A DNA stretch of 63,999 nucleotides, the filler included, from Perkinsus olseni (taxonomy: Eukaryota), in NCBI GenBank assembly GCA_013115125.1. It is 5 parts of 5 records of this genome, joined end to end, with 100 filler letters (N's around TTAATTAATTAA, not from the genome) between each part and the next. Parts side by side here need not be neighbours in the genome. Positions count along the whole stretch, not along the records: positions 13,194 to 26,237 come from JABANN010000773.1; positions 26,338 to 39,379 come from JABANN010000774.1; 3 more parts are not named here. One strand, given 5' to 3'. Below are positions 13,661-26,634 of this stretch, in pieces. Within the stretch, counting starts at the first letter, position 1, and each line of letters begins with the position of its first letter. Below the pieces are notes generated by a model. That model searched no databases. It was given only the letters and a program-made list of their open reading frames with translations, and had not been told where the DNA came from. The position numbers and the translations under genes are program-made.

Positions 13661-14983
13661 ATGACCGATACCAACGGGGCAATGAGCGACTCTGATTCAA
13701 ACAGTAAAGTCTCTCCGGTGGAGGACGACGACGATCGTGATATTCTGCTAAAGAAACGCTTTTGGTGGGAAGCCCTGAAGTGCTGCTCCTTCACCTTCTT
13801 ACTCACTTTCAAGCCATCCGAGCCCCACATCTCAACCTACCTCCGTGAAGTCAAGTCTTTTACCGACGTTGAAATCTATACACAGATTTACCCTTGGTGG
13901 ACCTATTCTACCCTGGTGCTTGTATTCGTCTCAGCCTTTCTGGCCGAGTTTGTCGGCTACAAGCTGTCCCTTGTACTCGGTGCCTGTGGGAGAGTGGCGA
14001 CTCGGTTTCTGTTACTCTTCGGGACAAGGCTGTGGCACATGCAGTTGATGCAGGTGTGCTACGCCTTCGGTACGACGGCTGAGATCGTATTTTACGCCTA
14101 CATTTTTCACATAGTTACGCGAGATGACTATCAGAAACTAACATCCATGGCGTTAGCAGCGCATGTCATTTCAAATGCTCTCTCCGGATTCCTCGGTGAT
14201 ATCCTGCTCAACGTCTTCCACCAGAGTTACACAACCCTTATGTGGTGGTCGGCCGTATTCGTTTGTTGTGCTGCTCTGGTAACTCTCACATTCACTTCCG
14301 TGAGGAGACCTAAAAGTCCGACCCCCGCTCAAGTATGGACCACCATCAAGCTGGCGTATCGTAACGTGACTTTCTTGCTCATCATTTTATGGTGGATATT
14401 CGCTAACAGCGCCTACGGAATCGTTTACGGCTATGAGTCCTCCTTATACGATATCATCATGACAAGAGACAACCTGGACAACTACAATGGCACAGTGTTC
14501 GCCATGGGCCAAATTTTAGCGACCCTAGCATCACTCTCTGTTGCTGTGCCGATAGTCCTGAAATTCACTTCTAATAACCAACACTTGACTGTTGGTTTCG
14601 TGGGGTGGCTGTGCACAGCAGCCCTCGGACTGATGGCTTGGTGGTCGGACTTGGCCCCTATGTGCACTGGTTTTGTATTCTACTACGGTTCCTATCATTT
14701 CGTTAATGCCTTCGTGTCTGCAGAGACCGGACGAGTCGTTAACGGCAACACGAAGGGATCAGGCGACACGGGGGATCCCGGCCGAGACTGCTACGCTATG
14801 GTCGTACTCTGTAACAACGTCGTAGCCCTGTGCCTTTCAGTGCTGCTCCAGTTGATCTTTTTTTCCTGGTACGCAATGGACCTAATCCTGGTCTATAGGA
14901 TCTTATGGACCTATCAGGCCGTTTTCACAGCAATTTTTTCTCTTTGCGCTGTTGGCTTGTACAGCTGGCATCGTCTGAGATAA
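13661..14983 (+). CDS. SLC19-family (reduced folate/thiamine) transporter
   Basis: KPSEPHISTYL...EIYTQIYPWWTYS...AEFVGYK motif; many TM segments; intronless; first ATG at 13661. Confidence 0.85.
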   Translation: MTDTNGAMSDSDSNSKVSPVEDDDDRDILLKKRFWWEALKCCSFTFLLTFKPSEPHISTYLREVKSFTDVEIYTQIYPWWTYSTLVLVFVSAFLAEFVGYKLSLVLGACGRVATRFLLLFGTRLWHMQLMQVCYAFGTTAEIVFYAYIFHIVTRDDYQKLTSMALAAHVISNALSGFLGDILLNVFHQSYTTLMWWSAVFVCCAALVTLTFTSVRRPKSPTPAQVWTTIKLAYRNVTFLLIILWWIFANSAYGIVYGYESSLYDIIMTRDNLDNYNGTVFAMGQILATLASLSVAVPIVLKFTSNNQHLTVGFVGWLCTAALGLMAWWSDLAPMCTGFVFYYGSYHFVNAFVSAETGRVVNGNTKGSGDTGDPGRDCYAMVVLCNNVVALCLSVLLQLIFFSWYAMDLILVYRILWTYQAVFTAIFSLCAVGLYSWHRLR

Positions 14984-15225
14984 TTTCGTTTCCCATCGAC
15001 CCTTCCGGGGCCCCGTTGACTTGTGTTGTAGGTGGTTGGGAGCAACAGCACCCTGGACCATCGTTCATCTTCTTTCCGGCGACAGCCCACTACCTATAGT
15101 AGCACTACGGAGACCGAGAGGCTAAGGATGCAGAGTCTGGCCTGGAAGCTCTGGCTCATTGACATAGCGCATTGACTACACCTTATCAGCTGAAGGCAAC
15201 TTCGCGATCGCATCGTAGGCGTGTT

Positions 15226-15706
15226 ATGTCTCGTCCCATCCTTGTTACACTTTATCGCTCGTCCAACTGTTGTTTGTGCAACACGGCACGGTTCATTGTG
15301 GATCGTGTAGTCACCGCTGGGCACTACCCAACAGGGACAGTAAAAGTGCAGGAAGTGAATATCGAAGATGATCCGGATTTTAAAGGTGAGACATGCTGAA
15401 AACCGGCTGAGGGTAGCTACTCGGGGCAGCCCAGCTGGAGGCTGTGTAGTAGCTACACTGTAGTTGTGCCTGTGAATGTCAGACGAGTTCGAGTTTGAAG
15501 TTCCGGTCATAGCTGTGAACGGTAATGTGATGTCTGCACAAAAAATCCAATCTCGTCTAATACGGGAAGGTAGGTTGCGGAAAGCTGCTAGCATGGATCA
15601 TGGGTACTTCACCATTGTCATGCCACTGTCGGTCGTTCTGATACCTGCTACTCAACGTTCAGCGATATCGGCGGCCTTCGCAGAAGCAACACGCCTACCA
15701 CAGTAG
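15226..15706 (+). CDS. Glutaredoxin-like protein (DUF836-type), 3 exons
   Basis: VTLYRSSNCCLCNTAR (CxxC), QEVNIEDDP, EFEVPVIAVNG; phase-consistent GT-AG introns 15386-15482 and ~15570-15662. Confidence 0.75.
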
Positions 15707-15865
15707 CTCCACAGAATGAGATTAGTGTTTCAACCAGTTCCTTGTATTAGTGTTAACCCTAGTTGGGACACGAATGGAAACTATTGCTGAAGCTGAGGCT
15801 ACGACGGAGACTTCAAGTACAAGTCTGAACTTCGAAATCTCAATTTGCATAAAAGCGGATCAGCT

Positions 15866-15938
15866 TACCAGGAGCGGAGATCGAACCCGCGACCTTCTGC
15901 GTGTAAGGCAGACGTCATAACCGCTAGACTATCCCGGC
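15866..15938 (-). tRNA. trnV: tRNA-Val(TAC)
   Basis: 73 nt GCCGGGATAGTCTAGCGGTTATGACGTCTGCCTTACACGCAGAAGGTCGCGGGTTCGATCTCCGCTCCTGGTA; anticodon stem TCTGC/GCAGA, loop CTTACAC; TTTT downstream; G53:U61 wobble. Confidence 0.92.
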
Positions 15939-16228
15939 ATATCGTTTTTGAAGACCAGCCCGGGTACGTCGACGGATGTTTCCATCACATACCGAAGGGA
16001 TATCGTCGGTACGTTAGCGTGCGAACGAGGCCAATCATGGGGCAATACGATGGGATCCACCACTTCTGGTGGACCACCGGTTGCCAACCAGCATGTGGAA
16101 CCAGCATCAGGAACTCCGCCATATAACAGATTCATCCGCGATGCAGTGCCCCCCACAATGGACCCGAGGCCGGGCAACACTCCCGACCCCCTATCAACCG
16201 TTATTTACTAACTCAGGTGCATCACGTG

Positions 16229-19200
16229 TTAACAAGTTGGTATCAACATCAGTAACGAATCAATTTGGTCATGCCAGTTATTGCTGTTTATTTGTTGAAT
16301 TCCAGTTCGACCTGAAGCCACACCACAGCGCTGCTCTCCCATAATCCATCCACATGATTCGCTAGGATCCCCTTCTACACCATCACACCAAGATCCTTCT
16401 ACTTTCTCCAAGATGCGCGACTCTATTCTCATGCATTTTCTATCAATGGTTACCACAACTCCATGCGTTAATCGGCCCAATCAACGACCTACCAGGACTT
16501 CTTCGTCGAAGGAATAGGATCGGACCCCCTGACCGTCTCGAGTCTGCTCGGACACAAAGATTCCCTGGATCGAGCATGCTCATACTCACGTGATCGGATA
16601 CTTTGTGCAGCTCCTCGGCAACCATGCCCGTGCGGGGCAGCTCTTCAGGGTCTACTGCTTGCATGCCATCCACTCGGCGAAAGTTTACCTCTTCTGGATC
16701 CGGTAATGCTGAAAGCAACTTCCTTTCAGCACGCGAGTGGACGGGACCCAGATTTCTCGCTCGCTTGAATACCATATGGTCCTGCTTGTTGAACTCCCGA
16801 AATCTCTCGAGCTGCCTCTTGGGGAGGGTGCGACACAGGCTGAACAGCGAAATCATTCAGCAGTTGAACGGGACGACGGCATGATATGGGCAAGGCGACC
16901 CGAATTAAATGAGCCCCAGTAGTCCCGCGACTTGGCACCCGAGTAACTTCGCCTAATGCTACCAGGCTAGTCCGTCAGCGATACGCACATCGAAAATGCC
17001 GAAAACCTTACATCTCTGTGCTTCGACGCGAATAACCTATTGAGAGCGCTCCGGACGGCAGCGGCTGAAACAAAGAAGGCCTAGGGGATGCGTCGTCACT
17101 CCGTTAAGCCTACCTCCATAGGCGCTCTGGAGGACAGCTTTCGTTGGATGGGCTGCTGCTTCGGTAACCTAGGCAGCCCTCGAAAGTGCATTTCGAAGCA
17201 TATTGGCGTCCCGCGGCTTCTACCTCGCTCTCCTCTTTGTGATGGTAGTGAAAGACCGTAGGGGGACTGGAGGACTCCTTAGGTTGGTGATACGCGTCCA
17301 AAGTGACCTCCTCCAGGTGGGGTCTCTGCTGCACCCCTGATGCACGCAACGATCCGTCGACTCACGAAGGCTGACAGCCCAACCTCCATTCATCTCCTCC
17401 GCGGGTAGTACAGCAAACGCTCGCCCTTGAAGCTGAGGCGTTAACGGCCGAGGCCCCGCCTGAGTGTGAAGGTCAAATAGCCATATGTTGGGAAGACCAG
17501 AAAACAGGCTTACCATCGGTCCGTCCACCCACCGCTTCTCCTGAGGGCCTACACATGGTCGTGGCCCTCCCTGAAATAGATCCATCGACCACTGCTCTGC
17601 TGGTCCTCCCCGCCCCCGACGAAGACCCTTCAACGACGCTCAACAAGAACTCGACCCACTTACCTGGCTCGGTGACCTAGCCCGTGCCTTCTGACTCAGC
17701 GACCTGGCCCGAGCGTTCTGGAAGGGACGCCGACACCCTCACCCTCCTCGGCAACAGCAGCCATCGCTCACCTCATCCTTCTTTCCCGCATCCTTGTGGA
17801 CGTGATGCTTCACAAACCCTTGAGTTGATTCTCCCATACTCAGCAGGGACCACTTCCGGCGCGTAGGCCTCCTCGCATACACAGGCCGCCCTACCATAGC
17901 CGGCTCCAGGGTCTCTACGACGGCCTCCGTACTAGGTCGGACACTTGGCCTGTACTCGGCCCCTGGCTGAGCGGCGGGCTCTGGCACATACTCCTCCACA
18001 GGGATGTGTCTCCGCTCGAATCGCTCGACCTCCTGATAGTGCTCCTCTAGGGCCACAAACGCGTCGTCCATGACGAAGGCCTCCTGCAAGTTCCCTCGCT
18101 TCGACTTCCGACGCCCCTCATCCCTCCCTTCCATCTGCGCCACATCCAGCAGTGACTTTCGAGAATGCCCTCCCCGGTCGGAGACTCGACGATCCCCGTC
18201 CAGTCTTTGCTCCACCACGCCCACCTGGCTCGACTCTCCACTGTCCTCCTCGCAACGGGGTTGCTGTTCCTTCGCCTGCTGCTCCCTTTCGAGGCTATCA
18301 TCCAACCTCGTCGCCCGTTCACAATCGACTTCCGCGCTGCGGCCTCGAGTAAAGTCACAATGGGCGAGATCGCATACAGCCCTCTGACGTAAGCCTAAGG
18401 CAAGGATCGTGAAGGGCTCTAAGAACCCGGACTCATCGCTTCCCTCACCTTCAATGTCCTCGTTGGCCCTCCAGTCCACCCTGCCGAGTGTAGTAAGTGC
18501 GCCGTCGGTCGGGTCCACCGTCACCAAAGCGATGATGGGTCGAGGTACGAACCTCTGCATCAACAAAAGGCTCCCCATCCGAACCATACCGCACCACTAT
18601 CGACTACCTCTCTCTGTGCCCCCTCTTCGCGGGACGGCTCGCCGCCCAAGTCCTTCCGCTTCTGCCACTGCTGCTGCTCACTAACGTCCCTCGGGTCGAT
18701 CCTCTCCGGCTCCGTCCGAACTTCCCCACCCGAGTGCGGCCAATGATGGTGCTCAGAGTTCATCCAATCACAGTCATGGTGGCATGCCCCCTTCACCTCC
18801 CCCTGAGTTGACCACCCTGCCGACAGCAAGTCCCATTTCTGCGGCGCAGACGACGGCGTCGTCCTAGCTCCACCGCGGCACTGTACGGACGGCGGCCGGC
18901 CGAAACCTCGAGTAGGTTTATACGTATCTTGCCGATTCATCTCCGCTGACTTTGGGGCGCGCGGTTTCCGAGGACCCATCGCCCTGACAGGTTGCAGCCC
19001 CTGACAAGAACGACATACAATTCGGACCCGGGGATTACCGCGATACACGGTAATCGGGATGTAAGAGCGATCGACCTACCTCATCACTGCCAACGCCAAC
19101 AGATTTCCTCGCCGGGGAGTTCACTCTCGCTCCTCTCAGCACTTGGGTCTCCAGTACCCTCCCTGGGCTCCTGCCCCTCCGCATCACCTTACCCGATGTG

Positions 19201-19796
19201 CGCTCATCTCTCCCGCCTCTTGGCTCAACCCTCGCATGTCTTTTCACCGAAGTTTTCACTATGATGGCCTCGGACGAAGTACTGCTGGCCCAGCTAGCTA
19301 CATCGTCATCGTCCTGGTCCCCTCCAAATGATGGTGTTGAGCCGGAGTCCGCGAAGTGCCAAGATTCGCTCAGTCTCGACTTCCGACCTCCTCCCGAGCT
19401 CTCCCGGGAACCCTTGTCCCCGCTGCCACCACCTCCCTTTCCCGAAGCGAAAGTCTCCCAGGACCCACCCCAGGAGGAAAAATCTCTCCGCGATACAGTA
19501 GATTCCGTGGTGGATTTCTCAACTGCAGCAGCGCCCCATCCTCGGCCAGAATGCTTCTTCTGAGAACTATACCCCGCCCAAGACTCCCCCGGAGGGCTCG
19601 TCTGACGCCGACCGGATGCCTGGTTTCTTGACTTCTCCGACTTCCATGAGTCGGTCCAATCGGAGATCGCCGATTTGCTCTTCACAGACCCGTCCCAATT
19701 CCATGACCCGTCCGTGGCGCTAGATGCCGAGCTCTCTCTCCTAGACCCCAGACGAAATCCCGAACCTCCTTCGTCATCGTCCGAGGAGGACTCCAT
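16229..19796 (-). CDS. Hypothetical multi-exon protein(s) with a Ser/Gly-rich N-terminus
   Basis: Chain of minus-strand ORFs (19035-19796, 17739-18587, 16443-16856) with GT-AG-bounded gaps; no domain recognised. Confidence 0.4.
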
Positions 19797-20569
19797 CCAA
19801 CCACCACTGCTCCTGATTGACGCTTTCTGAGAGATGACAGCACGCGCGTGTTGTGCCCCAACCTTCAGTCGCTGCTCACCTTAGTTGATGCTCGCTTGGC
19901 TGGCGTAACGGGGCCTGAGTAGACAGGACGGAGGGTATCCCTTACCATATCTCGATCGACGTGCAGGAGAGGATCCAACTCACTGAAGGCCACCGTGCTC
20001 CTCTTAGCCGAGCTCTGAAAAACAGACCGAGGTGAATGGCATTAGATGCCAAAAGCCTGAACACTAGAAAAGCGCCTCGAACCCCCTAGTAGCGATTCCA
20101 AGACAGACCACCCACTGGCAAGAATGACTCTCCCCGTTATTACCTTCCTCAGTCTTCCCTTGTCAGTGACGCCTGAGCGGAGAGATACATCCGAGGAGGT
20201 CTATCGAACGCCAGCGCCACTACTATTCTGCCGTGAGTGTTCGCCACCTGCGGCCTTGGGTAAGGTTTTAGACGTTGTCGTCTGTGTTTTAATAGACTGA
20301 GGGCACACACAGAATCTACAGCCTGGCCATCCAGCACGCTGCTGCTCACCGGCGTGGAGAGGCTTCGCGCTCTGGCTGGAGACGTGGCGTATGCTAAGTG
20401 GAGTAAGAGAGTGATGCCAGCGCGAGAAACCCTATCCTATTTCGAAATATTCTGTCCGATTCGAGGACGCACAACAGACCACTGCGGCCCGAGAAACCGA
20501 GGTCGATCTATGGCAAACACGCGCTTGCTACATTCTGCCTGTTCGCTATCCGCCTCACTGAGTCCCCAT

Positions 20570-20890
20570 GAATCGTCATCATCATCGTCAGTCTTCTTAG
20601 CAGCCTGCATCAGCACATCCCCCTCCTAGAGATCAGTAAGACACACCTTGATGCCTCGAAGGAGATCCGCCGCATTCATCTTCTTCACTCCTGGAACGCC
20701 CGCCTGAGGTTCACAAACACCAGTGAGGGCAAAAACATCCTCCTCGAATGCCGGGAGACGACAACGAACTTTTACACTGTGACAAGATGAGTGACGGAGG
20801 TGGGCCCGGCTGCTGGCGCCCAAACTGGCTTTACTACATTTTTCCCGGCTCGGTTGGCCGTTGTAGGCTGTTTAACAGGTGGCATCCTCT
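20570..20890 (-). CDS. Small hypothetical protein
   Basis: MPPVKQPTT... and RLPAFEEDVFALTGV... segments with plausible splice sites; ends approximate. Confidence 0.25.
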
Positions 20891-21473
20891 TTGTCGTCTC
20901 GGTTGTAAGGTGATAAAGGATATGACAACATACTGAAAAGAAGCATTCAACACCGGCTCCCCGATAGGGTGGCAGGCCCGCCGATAGACGAATCACGGCG
21001 AGAACGGTTCTAATGCAGTAGCAGCTAACGCCCCATCCCGTGGCGTGGGAGGCTCCGTTGCTTCACCGAGGAAAATGGCAACGCGCAGCAGCTCTATTTT
21101 AGGGCGAGCGCTGTTCATCATGCGCTGTGTTGCCAGACACTGCCGGTAAGGACCAAATTGACACACTTAAGAACTCGGAATGAATACCACTCCACGAGAA
21201 ACACTAGCAGTAAATAGTACTACTTTGTAGCAACTTGCGTACGAATCGAGGCAACTGTTGCATAGGGCCAGTGGAGAGATGAGAAGACCAACGAGAACGA
21301 TGACGACAGAGGGAGGCGAAGGAGGAGGAACGAATTCATTCATTGGCACTTGACTACTGGTTGATATCACACAAAGCAACAAACTCTAATTGAACGACTT
21401 CAAACGATGAGGATGAAGGCAATCACAGGCAGTGCGGCCTGCTAGGAAGGGGCGGTTGAATCCCGTTGGTGGG

Positions 21474-23500
21474 TCATGCAGCCCTTAAGGTGAGGGCCTC
21501 CTTTATGGCATCGTTAACACTGAGGCTCACTGCTACTGCGATTGGGCCCTTCACCCAGTTAACACTGAGGCCCTTGTAGAGCCCTTTACGGACGCCCTCG
21601 GTGCGTGCAACATCCACTAAAGAACGTATGACGCCTTTACCAGGGAAGGCTCGGCCTCCGTGTACCTAACATAACGGGGACTGCCACTCTGTCCCAATGC
21701 CCCCCGCTGCCAGCGATCGACCGCCAAGTTTCTGTGTTACTGTGCTAAGGTGAATGCATTACGGAGAGCGACTGGCTCGGCTGGCAGAAGACAGAACTAT
21801 AGAGAACGAGAGAGTCCCACCTGCTGGCGTCTCCGGATGATGTCGAAGGGGTAAGTTGCACTCTGGGCTACCAGTCCCGAGAAGCCGCCGCAAATCAAAC
21901 GATCGAATGCTGTCCATCTGACAGGGGACGGTCTACCAAGATTCAGCAAGGCCTTTGCAGTAGCTACTCAAACGGATATCGGCATCACCGTGAGAGGGCT
22001 GCCGCCAAGTTTTACGTTGCCCCAATACTCATCACGGCTAGGACAGTGTTTCACACTAATACTAGGCCGGTTGCTCGGGATACTGTAGACCGCGAAATGA
22101 ATGCGTGTGGCGGGTTTGCAGAGACCGATGATCCGACTCGGATCATCCGACATGTCTTCTCGCAAAGGCTGGTGTACATTGTGTGATGTGTAGTATCCGC
22201 ACAAACTACATGAACTGGTGCCGATCCGCGGTGCTCAAATAACGACAATCGAACAAGTAAGGCTCCTTAGCTATTCCCTGCTATTTATCCATTCCCGAGA
22301 GACAGTGGCTGCCCATCCACGTTCGCTCACTTCCCGCTCATCTCCCTCCGTTTGGCCTTTAAAGTCTCGAAACACATAAAAGAAGTCCCGGCGTACGGGA
22401 TGATTCCACACAGTGTCGGATACATGCCACCGTAGATGCCGCGGATGCCACGGCTCGCTGAAAAAAGAAGAGCTGTCGGAGAGTCAACACTCCGGGTCGA
22501 TCCCACGGCCTCTTGGAAGAATGAGAAGTGCTCCACCACTACACCACGCCTCTCGGAATCCGGGCGTGCCCCCGAACACGACCTCTCGCCATATTACCAT
22601 AGATCTTCCGCACAGCATCCTTGTAAGAACTAAACTCCCCACGAGTATCCGAGGCTAGCCGCGACCGCAACATCTGCCAAAATGAAGGAGGGCTCCGACT
22701 AGCATCTTCTGAAAACCCTACTTACGTCCAACGGATATGTTGCAACGACGGCCGAGGCCCCGGCACAGTTGCCAGAGAGGAAGCGAATGAGCTCTGCCGG
22801 GCAGTGTTGTCTCAAGGCGGAATCTGGAAGTGGCAGAAATTTCTCGCCGCAAACGCGGAGTCTCCGGTTGCAGTTCTCGCAAGTTCAATAAACCACAGCG
22901 CATCGCTGGAGCTTCCCGTGCATCTAGCGAAGTTCCTGTGCGCAGGAACATCAACTGATGTGGGCGTGCAACGAAGCAGAGTGTAAAACAGAAACATCGA
23001 ACTCTCGTATTACTCTGCAAATAAGTGTTGACCCTGTCGAAGACAGTGTAGTTGGTTGCTGAATATGGCACTATTCTAGTGAGGACCATAAGGTACCCTT
23101 TCCAAAGACCTAACATACAGGCTAGCTACTGCTGCTTTCCCAACCGTAAACAGTTCGGCGGCACACAGCAGATTCGTGTTGGGAACTGGTCCGAAAGGTC
23201 CCTACTGTACCGAGTTGGTGGATTTATGGTACCTACCTCGCATGCCATGCGTAGATACTATACCCTGCATTGTACGGTATGCGCTGCCCCAAGAGAACCT
23301 CATCGCCGGATTAGTCTGGTACCTAGAAGGTCGAGCATCAGAGGTCGATTCCCGAGTGTGATACCTACAGAATCTTCACACGCTCCAGAGGGGCCACTAC
23401 AAACTTGGCCGTTGCTCCGGCTGTGGAGCCACATGCCGCTACGGTCAGGGCTGACAGCCTTACGGGCTCCTCGGCTCCTTCAACCGAGACGCCTTGCGAT
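21474..23500 (-). CDS. Mitochondrial carrier (SLC25, CoA-carrier-like SLC25A42/A16 group)
   Basis: GLWKGYLMVLTRIVPYSATNY; GIYGGMYPTLCGIIPYAGTSF; QSATYPFDIIRRRQQV; LSVNWVKGPIAVAVSL; 5' end approximate. Confidence 0.85.
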
Positions 23501-24643
23501 GGCTCGTTGCTAAGATGGGCACACAGACAGTTTGGAACGCTCAAAGCTTCCAGAAGTTCCCACTGTGAGTGAGCTCTTTCACCCCAACCGAACGGAGTTC
23601 CATGTAAAGGAACTCACTATGCCGATGCCGCAATAGAACTCGGCAAGATCGAAGCAACCCTCCTCCAATCACAGATCGGAGAATGCAGATTTTCCGGCTC
23701 GTCGTGAGACATCCTGTACTGACATTTTACACCCGTTATCGGAAGCGGCATCAGTCCAGTGACTCCCATATACCCCAGTACTACCCTTTCATCCCGTCTC
23801 CGCGTCCCTCCCTTTCTATCGACGTTGTTGCCGTAACATCATGCTCCGTATATGGTGTTGTCTCATAGGTCTCCTCATAGCCCAGCAAGTCATGGTCGTT
23901 GCTCCTCGTAGTACTCGTAGAGGTATCTCCATTTGGACGAGGTAGCCACCGCCGAGATAACGAAGGGCCGCCATCCGACGCCGAAAATGCGTTGGCTGGC
24001 ATCCGGGCAACAAATCGTGGCTTCTGAAATCGTCATCTCCACTCAGATTACGTGTGCAGGCAAGGGGAGAATGCATCATGCAAAAGTGAGGCCACTATGC
24101 CACCTGGCCCGAGAACAGCCGTCAAACTATTGTACCACGCGGGCAGCACCCCCGGCGACTGCGATGTGGCATAGCTGTCTAATTTTCGCATGACGCACAA
24201 TGCTCTCATTTTTGCGTGTGACATGTGTTCAATTCTTACTGTATAACTCGACCACCGCTCGGCACACCGAGGAACTCCGAGGGGCACGTTCGAAACTACT
24301 CTGATACTTCAACGCGAGCCGCCAACCCAAGCCGAGCTCGCTCACAACCAAGAGCCATCGCGGAATCTTCTCTTCCTCACTCTGAGACCCATCTCTCCAA
24401 CACCTTGCGACCCCCTCCCTTAACCGTGGGGCATGCTAATCGGTCATCACCGAGGCTCCAGTGGAGTCAACTATATGATCCTCCGACAATTCGTAAATAC
24501 CAGCTAATAGTATTGTTCTCGTGCAACTCTCAGCACCGCAGCTGGCGAACACTCACGCTCGACTCGCTAACGCAACACTGTGCAACGAGGCCAGGCGAAA
24601 CGACGGCACGAACGAAAACGGCAACTACGTTGCCCAACAGTCG

Positions 24644-25570
24644 TCAATCTCTGCCTATCATAACAAAGAAGCCCATCATACCCAATAACACGTACCTAAG
24701 CTCGGCAACGTGGTGTCTCAGCGAGGGGAGAACTCAAATGAGGAGTTTTCACTCCAACTCCGATGGGCATTCCGTACGGACAGGCATTCGACGGCGAAGG
24801 AATCCATCCAAAAAGCAAGGAGAAGCATCGCTAAGACGGAGGCGCCACGGCGAGCCCAGTACTACTTGAGCCACGGGTAGTCGTTTAGCCATATGGTCAC
24901 CATCCCCGCATAGGGCAGAAAACTAAGAAAAGATCCGTAAGGAAAATGACAAGTACACAGTACTACCCTTGAGCTCGACCCATGATGTTCTTCCGCTCGA
25001 TAAAAAGTTGGCCATAGTTATACAGCCCGCGGTCATCCACCTAGTGGGGAGGGAAGAATAATCAATCTGAGATCACTACCGCCGTTGCCTTTAGTACCAT
25101 ATTATTATCCCCCTTGGTCAATATACGGACACGACCGCTCTCCTCTTCATGAACCTGTCGCGGAGGGATAGTCTTCTGACTGATCACCATCAACTCCTTA
25201 CATTGACGATTCGGTGGACGATGGGTATATCGCGGCCCTCGATCGAGAAGACGGACACGTCACCTGCAAGTACCAGTCGACAGACCGGATAGTGATGAGA
25301 CGACTCTACCTGGTTCGAAAGGGTCCTGCTCCTTCAGTGTTAAAAAAAGTATATCGCCTCTGTGGAAGCCAGGTTCCATGGAGCCACTGAAGCACGGGTG
25401 CTATGGCCGAGAAGCACTAGGAATGGCCTTACCTCAATACCACGACAATAGGGCTCTCAGAGCCAGTGTAGAGCATGAGGCCCTTCCAAAGCATGAGGGC
25501 TGAGAACACCACACAGGCCAGGTTGAGGGTGGATGTCAGAAACTGAACGGGAAGGGGACTTTTCCTCATA
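24644..25570 (-). CDS. SEC11: Signal peptidase complex catalytic subunit
   Basis: [73 protein letters not shown]; first exon not resolved. Confidence 0.92.
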
Positions 25571-26237
25571 CCGCATCTCGACCAAATCCTCGCGGATCCC
25601 GCTGTACTGGGAGGCCCACCACCCAACTTGATCAATAATTCTGTTAAGAGCCGATGAGAACCTCTATGCTCTCATTCCACGAGGACAGAACGGAATTCGA
25701 CCTCCTATCCAACAACAGTACTGATACTATTCAAGAGCAGCCAGGTAGCCACACGCTAGTTACGTATATATAAAGAAAAATACGATCGGCAGGCGGTAAT
25801 GACAGCCAGGGAAAGGAAACTAGGCGGCGACGCAAAGCTAATGGTGCTTCTCGTGGTAGAATGCCGGGCGTTTAAGGCGATAGAAGTCATGCCAATCCTC
25901 AATTCCCTCCCCCCGAGGACAGTACGAGGTTCCAATAGCATTCAGTAGACACCGCGCTCCAAACAACACCTACCCTTCTCGGATTATGCAGCACTGACTT
26001 GAACTCTTCAGCGTATACTCCCAACATGACGTCCAAAGTTGATCTGCGGGTACCTGACAAAAAAATATTCTTTCGGAAACGCGCGCGCCATTCTAATCGA
26101 CCGACTTCGCGCATTTTGTGGTTCGCTCGGGATGGGGAGTCTCATCCCGAGACTTCATTGCTACCCCTCACAGGTCTCTACGCGTCAACGTCGCGTGAGG
26201 GTGGCCGGGTTTTCCCGGTACGAAGTAGAGATCGGAC

Positions 26238-26337
26238 NNNNNNNNNNNNNNNNNNNNNNNNNNNNNNNNNNNNNNNNNNNNTTAATTAATTAANNNNNNN
26301 NNNNNNNNNNNNNNNNNNNNNNNNNNNNNNNNNNNNN
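26238..26337. other. Artificial contig linker
   Basis: N44-TTAATTAATTAA-N44. Confidence 0.97.
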
Positions 26338-26634
26338 CCGTACTCGTCCAGGTGACAGTGCACGAGTCGAAAAACCGGATATGCTAAGAATTTGTGGAGG
26401 GGTGTAGATAGTTCAGTTCACGGTTACACATTAATATATGCTCTTCAAGCTATGATAGAGTGTCGGTGAGGTGTCATCCCTTCAGGTGGTGAGCAGCGTG
26501 AAAAAGACGCAAGAGAAGGACTTGGGAAGCAGCTTTGAAGAGGTAGTACGGGTGGGCGTCGCGGAGTTTGGGTGGGTGATGATTTTTTCCGCAGAAATTT
26601 CCCGATCTTTATTTCTTTCCGAGTCGACAACAGC

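Noticed and set aside
15939-19796. tRNA-targeting retrotransposon upstream of tRNA-Val
   Set aside because: No RT, integrase or gag motifs seen; GT-AG-bounded gaps suggest an ordinary multi-exon gene
24865-24877. SL-like CCGTGGCTCAAG
   Set aside because: Lies in a SEC11 exon (YPWLK) and is too short
25310-25325. GGTTCGAA B-box-like match in SEC11
   Set aside because: Antisense of coding sequence (DPFEP); chance match
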